Sequence record: PP456879.1
DNA: 64,000 nucleotides
Reading direction: 5' to 3' (one strand)
Part shown: positions 56,423 to 64,000 of the stretch, one piece after another
Layout: every line of letters starts with the position of its first letter
How positions within the stretch are numbered: the stretch's first letter is position 1
Notes under the pieces: model-generated
Told to the model about the DNA's origin: nothing
Databases searched by the model: none
What the model saw: the letters and a program-made list of their open reading frames with translations, nothing else
Made by a program: the position numbers and the translations under genes

Positions 56423-56440
56423 GTAATATAGATCTCAAAT
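56423..56440 (-). promoter_or_regulatory. phiKZ-type early promoter upstream of gp68
   Basis: Minus strand ATTTGAGATCTATATTAC. Confidence 0.7.
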
Positions 56441-56514
56441 TTTTTTTAGTATAACGGTATTTAGTGCTGAGGGCATATCGGTGCCTACTTCGAGAGTAAG
56501 CACCGAAATATGTT

Positions 56515-57255
56515 TTAGAAGGAAGGCATATCCTCATCAAAAGCTGAGTCATTATAACTATTATTAGCCGGCTTAGCATAACTATTATTGCCACCGTTGT
56601 TATAGTTATTGCGCTGACCACCGTTATTGTAACCACCGCTATTACCATTACCCTGATTGAAATTAGCAGGGTTAGATACACCTTTAGCATCTGGATCGAA
56701 TTCAGTTACTAGAAGATGCATTACTAGTTTATATGCGGGGTCTAGGAAACCGTATGCATAAGCATCAGACATTTCCTTAGGTGATAGCTGACTACCATCT
56801 GCTTTGCGGATATCATGGAATTGGGACGGGCCAAAGAAGAATTTGATCTTTGGACGATCAGGTTGAGTGCTCAGCACTGCGATGTAAATTCGACCATCTT
56901 GTGCACGGCCAACATGTAGCTTAGAAAGCTCAATAAAATTATCACGCTTTTTACCAGCTACGAAGTTATTGCGGTAAACAAAGACGCGTTCAGTATCTTC
57001 AGTTTTACCTTCAATTAAGTCCATTGCAAACTTAATGAAACATGCAAAGGTTGCTAGGTCAGTATTGAACTCAATTTTACCATGGTCTTTATCACCAGGT
57101 ACATTAGTACGAACAGTAACCCGTGGTTGGTTTTTAAACAGACCAAATCGTAGCGTCGGTCGTTTTTGAGAACCCTCACATGGTTTGGCATGTAGCCAAG
57201 TATTCATTACGTTAAAAGGGTTAACTACGGGTGCATTAGGCTGCTGTTGTGACAT
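56515..57255 (-). CDS. chmC: ChmC/Imp6-like nucleus-associated RNA-binding protein (Whirly-like fold), gp67-like
   Basis: Beta-rich core plus G/N-rich disordered C-tail (NFNQGNGNSGGYNNGG...); immediately upstream of gp68. Confidence 0.75.
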   Translation of the reverse strand: MSQQQPNAPVVNPFNVMNTWLHAKPCEGSQKRPTLRFGLFKNQPRVTVRTNVPGDKDHGKIEFNTDLATFACFIKFAMDLIEGKTEDTERVFVYRNNFVAGKKRDNFIELSKLHVGRAQDGRIYIAVLSTQPDRPKIKFFFGPSQFHDIRKADGSQLSPKEMSDAYAYGFLDPAYKLVMHLLVTEFDPDAKGVSNPANFNQGNGNSGGYNNGGQRNNYNNGGNNSYAKPANNSYNDSAFDEDMPSF

Positions 57256-57341
57256 GATGTGATAACTCCAAATTAAAACTAGATTCTTTTAACTAGATGG
57301 GAAATGATTTCTACGTAATATTATCGCAACAAGTATTTCTT

Positions 57342-58172
57342 CTATTTGAATTTCTTGTATGCTTCTTTTAACTCTTTAGAACCATAAGCAGTAATGTCAT
57401 GATGAACTTTATCTGGTGTTGTTAATCCTGTCCATTTTCTAGATTGTGCCAATTGTTTTAATTGCGCACGAATAGCTTTGTCTTGTGGTTCAAGTAATTG
57501 TTTATCGCCAAATATCTGTATAGCAAATGATGTAAAAGGAAATGGAGTATCTTCTTTTAAACCATTTAGTTTAGTATACCACATGTTGTATGTCTTTATT
57601 TTACCCGTATGGGATTCCAATAAAAGAAGTCTATTAAAATGGGGTTTCCATAATAGTTCATGTGGGAAATGGGTTAATAGTAAAACAGTACCTTCAACCT
57701 TTGGAGGTTTATTAGATATTTCCATTGTAGTTAAATCTGTATCTTTTAACTTCTGGTATAGTTCAATTGATACAAATCGTTCATAAACATCATAAGCTAA
57801 TTGTTGCGGTGTTCGTGATACTTTAAATGTAGCTTTAGGGAATAACCACTTCACTGCATCTCGACCAGTAATGTAATATTTTACAGTTGCTTTTATCCCC
57901 GATTGCCGTAAAGCAACCGGGATTGTTTGTGCTTCTTGAAATAAAACATCGACTGCTGCAACCAAGTTAATATTAGTTTGTTGTTCAGACTTCATAGCCT
58001 GCCACATATTTCTTGCAAGAGTACGGACATTAATCCATATTTCTTTAATAGACTTAACATCAGTTGGTTGTCTAGGCTTTTGTGGATGTGTTCCTATAAG
58101 CCCTTCGAGAGCAAAAGAAGTTCCAATGCTAATCGGAATATTAGCACCTACATCTCTCTCGATAATATCCAT
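57342..58172 (-). CDS. Conserved protein, gp66-like, possibly PIN/5'-3' exonuclease fold
   Basis: IWINVRTL..N, LLTHFPHELL and IFGD segments loosely resemble FEN/PIN motifs. Confidence 0.6.
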   Translation of the reverse strand: MDIIERDVGANIPISIGTSFALEGLIGTHPQKPRQPTDVKSIKEIWINVRTLARNMWQAMKSEQQTNINLVAAVDVLFQEAQTIPVALRQSGIKATVKYYITGRDAVKWLFPKATFKVSRTPQQLAYDVYERFVSIELYQKLKDTDLTTMEISNKPPKVEGTVLLLTHFPHELLWKPHFNRLLLLESHTGKIKTYNMWYTKLNGLKEDTPFPFTSFAIQIFGDKQLLEPQDKAIRAQLKQLAQSRKWTGLTTPDKVHHDITAYGSKELKEAYKKFK

Positions 58173-58184
58173 TATTATTGCCTT

Positions 58185-59324
58185 TTATTTGAACTCTGTC
58201 AATAATCCCAATACCCGCTGGATCTGAGCAGCGTCCGCTGTAAATTTTTCAATATCTGGAATAATTAAATCAGAAATACTTTCTGGAGTTATATCCAAAA
58301 ATTCTGATAAATCAAAATTCTTTAGGCTATCTGACACAGTATTTTTCTTTGTAGTAACTTTTTCAATTAAGATACTCCATGAAAAATTAGGATATTCATT
58401 TTGAAATGTATCGAGATCACCAGTAGCTACATCACCTGGATTACATCTTAACCTAATTGCAGAGTTAGTTGGTAGTGTCTTGATATGTTCTTTAACAGTG
58501 TAATTAAGTTGCTTAGTATCCATTCCATGGACATTCAAAGTATCATATCTACGCGCACCCTTATTCTCAAGGAATGTAGCAGTCCATTCGCCATTTTCTT
58601 TCACCACAACATCAAATAATCCTTTTGGAATTTCATCGTTGTGACTTAATCGGTCAAATCCACCGGCAGCTAAAATGCGTTCATAGATAGACATCTCATG
58701 AACATGTCCACCATTGATCATATATTTAGTTAATGCTAAATATTCATCTGGATCATGTGTTGGCTCTTCAACAATGCTAGGTAGCTGGTGTTTAAATGCA
58801 CCATGTAAAATAGTAAAGTCAACTTGAGATATACCTTTCTTATGCATTAAATCTTTTACTTGATTTAAAGTCTCTGATGTGGATGGATTCCATTTATCAG
58901 GGACATAAAGGAAATATGCATCTAGTTTCTCAATATACTCGATATCGAGAATCTTTGAATAATGCAAATCAACTTTAATATTAGCATTATTCTTTTGTTC
59001 TACGAAAAACTGCATTTGCCCACGATCGTGTGATGGAGTCCCTTCAACAATACGGATCATTACATTATACATTTCACATTTGTAGAGAAGTATTGTAATA
59101 AATCTATCAATTGCGTATGCAGCTGGATCACCATTGTTTAATTGGCGATCAAATAAATCCCCTGTAATAATCAACATATCAATATCTTTTAAAATTGTAT
59201 CAGGGACAGTTTTCCAAAAGTTATTGATGATTAATTCAGTAGGGGTTTGGCGATGCCCCATATGGACATCGCCTACTGTTAAATATCGAAATATGCCAGG
59301 TTTCTTTGTTTTATCAGTCTTCAT
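58185..59324 (-). CDS. sbcD: SbcD/Mre11-like metallophosphoesterase nuclease, gp65-like
   Basis: GDVHMG, GDLFD, GTPSHD and GHVHE motifs. Confidence 0.9.
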   Translation of the reverse strand: MKTDKTKKPGIFRYLTVGDVHMGHRQTPTELIINNFWKTVPDTILKDIDMLIITGDLFDRQLNNGDPAAYAIDRFITILLYKCEMYNVMIRIVEGTPSHDRGQMQFFVEQKNNANIKVDLHYSKILDIEYIEKLDAYFLYVPDKWNPSTSETLNQVKDLMHKKGISQVDFTILHGAFKHQLPSIVEEPTHDPDEYLALTKYMINGGHVHEMSIYERILAAGGFDRLSHNDEIPKGLFDVVVKENGEWTATFLENKGARRYDTLNVHGMDTKQLNYTVKEHIKTLPTNSAIRLRCNPGDVATGDLDTFQNEYPNFSWSILIEKVTTKKNTVSDSLKNFDLSEFLDITPESISDLIIPDIEKFTADAAQIQRVLGLLTEFK

Positions 59325-59922
59325 ATTCGTCACCGTAAACACATTCATCATTCTCAGGTGTATCTACTTGCACACCTCCAGATTTAGATGAAGATGCATT
59401 CGGTAACTCATATAACGGAGTACCATCAGTATTTTTTAATACCCGACCATATGCTGCTAAGATTTGGATTAACACTTGTAGAAGTTGTTTTTCTAATGGT
59501 TCATTATAAATACACCGCTCTAGGAATTGAGCCGCTTCTTTAGCAAACCCACCACGTGGATTACGGTTATGTTCTTTATTATAATAATCCATTACGTTAG
59601 AAATGCTAGCAACATTCTCACCAGATGAGATTGCAACACTTGGACGAGGATAGAGTGCTGGAACTGTAAAAAGCACAACTGCTTCTTTGGTATTTACACT
59701 TGCTACGCGTAACGGATTTGATAGCTCACGAACATATTTACGATATTCATCTAATGCACCAGGTGCCCATGGACATTCAAGTAACGGTAATATATTCTTT
59801 ACAAAAACGTCCTCATGAACAATAGGTGTCTCTTTCTGATGAATGTTAACCATGGCTTGCATTGCATCCATGATCATGTTATCGCTATCTGTAACTCTAG
59901 TGTTCGGTTCCGGAGTTGCCAT
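59314..59922 (-). CDS. Conserved hypothetical protein, gp64-like
   Basis: ORF overlapping both neighbours. Confidence 0.75.
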   Translation of the reverse strand: MATPEPNTRVTDSDNMIMDAMQAMVNIHQKETPIVHEDVFVKNILPLLECPWAPGALDEYRKYVRELSNPLRVASVNTKEAVVLFTVPALYPRPSVAISSGENVASISNVMDYYNKEHNRNPRGGFAKEAAQFLERCIYNEPLEKQLLQVLIQILAAYGRVLKNTDGTPLYELPNASSSKSGGVQVDTPENDECVYGDEYED

Positions 59923-60454
59923 CTTCTTTACCCATAACTTGTTCAATCTGTTGTTTAGTCAGAGTAGTGATGATATTAAAACGAGCTTCTTCTTTATTTT
60001 CCATTAGTTGAGGATTACTATTTAGGTAATCAATCAACGCATCGCAGTTTTCAGTAGTGAACTTATTAGGCGTTCCAACAGTAGCAAACATATAACCTTT
60101 ATCACCGCCCTTACGAACAATGACTGATTCCATATGTTCTTTCTGATTAACCCCATCTACTTCAGCTAGTGAGAATACTGGTTTAGTATCACCATGGATA
60201 GCTCGCAATGCGTCATCAACTTCATGCCGAATACTTTCACCCATATTGCAAAGAATATCTGCAAGAACTCGACTAACGCGAATATTAAATGTTGCAGTTT
60301 CTTCAGCTTTAGCTTTTACCAATTGTTGGAAAGCCTCATCTACAACATTAGCATGTTTTGTTAGATTCCTAACTGTTACTTCTAGCATATGAATTCGTTT
60401 TAATAGCATGGAGTTCATAGCTTCGCTTTCATTTTTCTCAACTTCACTAGTCAT
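59897..60454 (-). CDS. Hypothetical protein, gp63-like, coiled-coil N-terminus
   Basis: ORF abutting gp62. Confidence 0.75.
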   Translation of the reverse strand: MTSEVEKNESEAMNSMLLKRIHMLEVTVRNLTKHANVVDEAFQQLVKAKAEETATFNIRVSRVLADILCNMGESIRHEVDDALRAIHGDTKPVFSLAEVDGVNQKEHMESVIVRKGGDKGYMFATVGTPNKFTTENCDALIDYLNSNPQLMENKEEARFNIITTLTKQQIEQVMGKEDGNSGTEH

Positions 60455-60892
<438 letters not shown>

Positions 60893-60958
60893 TTAAGTTA
60901 AGATGGGAGCCAAATGGCTCCCTTTATATTGCTTGATACATACAGTTAAATACTTACA

Positions 60959-61423
60959 TTAACTAGCATATAAATATTTACTTGCAATTAATTCAATGTG
61001 ATATACGATAACAGCACCTTCTTTTTTCTTGAGTGTGCTTGTTAAAACGATATCGTGTTCAGTAACACATGCATGTACACTAATGGGTTTGGTAGTAATT
61101 TCACTACTTGTCCCTGAAAAATGAGTTGTAGCTACATATAACTGGGTATCATCAACTAACCCATTTGGATCCCTACCAACATGTACAAATGGTGGCCTGC
61201 TAGAAACATTAGGATGGTCGTCTTTAATAACAAGATGACCATCTTCAGATGGGTAAGCATAGTCATATCCAGTTACATAGATACGTAGAGCGCCATTCTT
61301 AAATGCTTCTTTAAGATAAGAATATTCTTCAAAATTAAAACGAATTGAATCAACCACAGCAGTAGTTAATTTAAGAATAGGGTGTAGTGGCCTTGATGAG
61401 TTATTATTCTTAATTAATAGCAT
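60959..61423 (-). CDS. Hypothetical protein, about 154 aa
   Basis: AAGGA SD before MLLIKN. Confidence 0.7.
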   Translation of the reverse strand: MLLIKNNNSSRPLHPILKLTTAVVDSIRFNFEEYSYLKEAFKNGALRIYVTGYDYAYPSEDGHLVIKDDHPNVSSRPPFVHVGRDPNGLVDDTQLYVATTHFSGTSSEITTKPISVHACVTEHDIVLTSTLKKKEGAVIVYHIELIASKYLYAS

Positions 61424-61745
61424 CGGTATTTTCCTTAACGTAAAAAGCAATATGTGGATGGTTCCACAATGGACTCTCATCACAAAAACTATAACTATGT
61501 ATTTCCTCGCCAGTATCTAATTTAATAGAGACCACTTCACCTTCAATGACTGTGAAAATAAATTTAGTATCAGGTGAAACATAATCACCAGTTACATAGT
61601 CATTATCGGGAAGATACAATAGTCGTGTTTGATTATCGTATTTAAGTTCTATTCCATCTGTACTATTAAAGTACATATATCCCGTACCATCTGGACTTTT
61701 TTGAAACATCTTTAGTTTATTTGGTACGAGTAGATCAATTGACAT
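61410..61745 (-). CDS. Hypothetical protein, 111 aa
   Basis: AGGAG SD. Confidence 0.75.
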   Translation of the reverse strand: MSIDLLVPNKLKMFQKSPDGTGYMYFNSTDGIELKYDNQTRLLYLPDNDYVTGDYVSPDTKFIFTVIEGEVVSIKLDTGEEIHSYSFCDESPLWNHPHIAFYVKENTDAIN

Positions 61746-61796
61746 AGATCTCTCCTAAACGATAGAAGAGAGCCCCATGTAGGGACTCTCATTTAT

Positions 61797-62408
61797 TTAA
61801 CCTAGAAGATTACCTACGACTGAAGTTGGATCTTCTTCACCTGCGTCCAGATGTTCATCAATAGCATTCCACATACGGATGATGTCAACTTTCTCGTGCA
61901 GACTAAGTTTACGATCGCTCTTGATATCTTCGTGATAGTTTTTATAACCGAATTCTTTCTTATCGGTATACATAACTCCATCCATCACGCGGCGATAATC
62001 AAACTGTCGTTCACCTACAGCATCACCTTGGATGTTATTATAAGAACCACCATATCCATCAACTTCATTATTAAGATACATAGTTCTTAGACGCTCATGC
62101 GCCATAACCCAACGTTGCATAATTGGACCAGCTGTTTGTAGTTCAGCTAATGTCTCAAGATACACAATGTTGTTCGACTGCCATAAGTTATCTTTCTTTG
62201 TGGTCAGATTCCGCAGTGCTTGAACAGCAGCTGATTCACTAATCATACTGTACATATTTTGAGCAGTATTAAAAAAGCTAGCAGCAGCAGTTGACATAGT
62301 TGAACGAAGTGCCTGACTACGCTCACCCAACCATTGAGTTGTTTGCTGTGTAAGATGGCCACCTGCACAGATGTCCAAGAGGTCTACACCATGTGCATCT
62401 ACAATCAT
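61797..62408 (-). CDS. Conserved core protein, gp59-like (Imp3 candidate by gene counting)
   Basis: GAGGTG SD; third annotated-size gene after gp56.1 and sixth before SbcD. Confidence 0.6.
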   Translation of the reverse strand: MIVDAHGVDLLDICAGGHLTQQTTQWLGERSQALRSTMSTAAASFFNTAQNMYSMISESAAVQALRNLTTKKDNLWQSNNIVYLETLAELQTAGPIMQRWVMAHERLRTMYLNNEVDGYGGSYNNIQGDAVGERQFDYRRVMDGVMYTDKKEFGYKNYHEDIKSDRKLSLHEKVDIIRMWNAIDEHLDAGEEDPTSVVGNLLG

Positions 62409-62416
62409 TATACACC

Positions 62417-62842
62417 TCAGTTATTGGCCGTATATGACCAGCATAGATTAAACGGATGTTGCATAGGTAAGTTAAATGTATCTAGTTCCTGACCGATCCA
62501 ATTGACAGCTTTTGTAACACCTTCAACAGTTACAGTTAATTCAACATGGATATCATGTTCAGGTGCAGTCACCACAATAGTGATTGGATCATCATGTTTA
62601 ATACGGAATCCAAACTTAGGATGATGGAATCCAGTATATTCACCTTTAGTATTTTCTAGAATACATTCAAATAGATTAGTTTCTTTATTAAGTTTAAATG
62701 TAACTAGTTTATCTGAATCTTTAAGTAAACCATTATCCCCAAATACATTGAATCGATAATGCTTATGGCAGATACCAAGTGTTTTTGGTACATCATGGGA
62801 ATTATCGATTTGCTTAGTACATTCGTTGCATTTACTATTCAT
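62417..62842 (-). CDS. Hypothetical protein, 141 aa, N-terminal Cys/His cluster
   Basis: C..C...CHKH; AAGG SD. Confidence 0.75.
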   Translation of the reverse strand: MNSKCNECTKQIDNSHDVPKTLGICHKHYRFNVFGDNGLLKDSDKLVTFKLNKETNLFECILENTKGEYTGFHHPKFGFRIKHDDPITIVVTAPEHDIHVELTVTVEGVTKAVNWIGQELDTFNLPMQHPFNLCWSYTANN

Positions 62843-62854
62843 CTTTATTTACCT

Positions 62855-63238
62855 TTAATAGATTTGTTTATCAAAAGAACAATTGATTGGAATAGTGATA
62901 ACTTCATTAGTAATTACATGTTTACCTGTCTTTTTAAAGAATTGTGCAAATTTTGAAGTAGCTGGAATTACAAGGGTATCATCCCGATCATTATTTGACA
63001 TATTGTAAAAAGTAAACTTACCGTCTAGGTTAAACCTAATGCACCACTTAATATTTCGTATTTTGAAATCTATACCAAATCTTAAATGACCATCAATCAA
63101 TTCAGAACCACCGTATTCATAAGCTCCGGTGAAATTCCAATTAATTTCTGATAATTGGAAAGTTACAGGATGTTCGCCATATTCATCTTGTATGTAGTAA
63201 CCATCATGAGCTTTCCAATAGATAACTAAATCATGCAT
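62855..63238 (-). CDS. Hypothetical protein, 127 aa
   Basis: GAGG SD. Confidence 0.75.
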   Translation of the reverse strand: MHDLVIYWKAHDGYYIQDEYGEHPVTFQLSEINWNFTGAYEYGGSELIDGHLRFGIDFKIRNIKWCIRFNLDGKFTFYNMSNNDRDDTLVIPATSKFAQFFKKTGKHVITNEVITIPINCSFDKQIY

Positions 63239-63297
63239 ACTACTAGCCTCAAAGAATTAATAGGGGATTCAAACTCCCCTATTAATTTATTTTGCTT

Positions 63298-63486
63298 TTA
63301 ATCATTAAGCTTAGAGATCATTTCGACATATGCATCGACAAACCTTCTGTTTACCACTACATCACCATTCCCGCAAGTAATATATCTCTTAGTGAATACG
63401 GCTACCGATCTGGCTTCACGTTCATCTCATTCGACTTGTGATAAACATTCCGGGTTACGTCGAATAATTTCACGAATATTAGACAT
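63298..63486 (-). pseudogene. 62-codon early ORF interrupted by an in-frame TGA at codon 20
   Basis: MSNIREIIRRNPECLSQVE*DEREARSVAVFTKRYITCGNGDVVVNRRFVDAYVEMISKLND; AAGGGGA SD; TGA at 63429-63427. Confidence 0.55.
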
Positions 63487-63517
63487 TGGGTATTCCCCTT
63501 ATCACTATTGCATCTTA

Positions 63518-63535
63518 GTGATATAAATCTGAAAT
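63518..63535 (-). promoter_or_regulatory. Early-type promoter candidate
   Basis: Minus strand ATTTCAGATTTATATCAC. Confidence 0.55.
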
Positions 63536-63627
63536 TAAATCCAGTGGAACTTTACATCCATGGTTAGTCGCCGCCATAACAGGAAATAAAGCCCCCTACT
63601 ACATAAATAGTAGGGGTAAGTTTATTA

Positions 63628-63846
63628 TTACGACTTCAACCATTCTTCTAATGGCGGTAAATACTTCTCATGCGCCCAGTTAATAATTGTTTCTACAACA
63701 GGACCCTGTAATTCAAGGTTACCTGAGATTTCATGTGGTTCATCAATAGATAGAACCCATGTATGTGGAGCAATGCGTTCAGTTGCTTTGGTTAAATACA
63801 CATCAGGCATTAACGTTAAATTCAATTGATCGCCGTCAAAATCCGC
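63628..63846 (-). CDS. 3' exon of nvRNAP beta'-like catalytic subunit gp55 (gp56.1)
   Basis: Starts GCG GAT TTT GAC GGC GAT = ADFDGD, the catalytic (N)ADFDGD motif, right after the intron-terminal G. Confidence 0.9.
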   Translation of the reverse strand, partial: ADFDGDQLNLTLMPDVYLTKATERIAPHTWVLSIDEPHEISGNLELQGPVVETIINWAHEKYLPPLEEWLKS

Positions 63847-64000
63847 CGTTATGTTCAGTATGGGTCGTTAATCCATACCCGGTAGTATAATTACCACATG
63901 ATAATTACCACCTGCTGCATGTCGCCATGCAGACCAGACTATATCTTCACCCTTCCTTTCGGAGTAGGGTGTCTCCCATTTCGAGTCACTTGACTCTACA
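63847..64000 (-). mobile_element. 3' part of a second group I intron, truncated by the window edge
   Basis: S element AAGAUAUAGUCUGG and terminal CUGAACAUAACG shared with the 49720-50026 intron. Confidence 0.9.

Noticed and set aside
63628-63825. Track ORF of 65 aa treated as an independent gene
   Set aside because: It is the 3' exon of the intron-split beta' subunit; the frame extends upstream to ADFDGD at the splice site.

Overview
AT-rich, gene-dense 64-kb segment of a nucleus-forming jumbo myovirus, very close to Pseudomonas phage phiKZ (Chimalliviridae). The identification rests on recognised RNA polymerase sequences and gene order. It is inverted relative to the usual phiKZ map and spans roughly orthologues of gp56.1 (right end) to the gp110s (left end). 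All gp numbers are my inference from recalled sequence and synteny, not from a database search. Right to left: 3' exon of the non-virion RNAP beta' subunit with the tail of a group I intron; SbcD nuclease; ChmC RNA-binding protein; nvRNAP gp68; PicA/Imp1 import factor; gp70; the intron-split nvRNAP beta subunit gp71-73; gp74; SF2 helicase; a cassette of tiny membrane proteins; a putative chaperone pair joined by a candidate -1 frameshift; virion RNAP gp80; the PolB subunit gp82; a large virion head/inner-body/baseplate block (gp83-101); a macrodomain gene; an early accessory region of small genes; and a ~580-nt ORF-free, highly structured non-coding stretch. No rRNA, tRNA or CRISPR array was found. 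The most notable observations are two candidate recoding sites, an ORF-less group I intron, the structured non-coding element with twin identical-loop hairpins and a pseudoknot, a CATAA/TTATGTCG-flanked hairpin family, an orphan HigA-like antitoxin and a HEXXH zincin-like virion protein.
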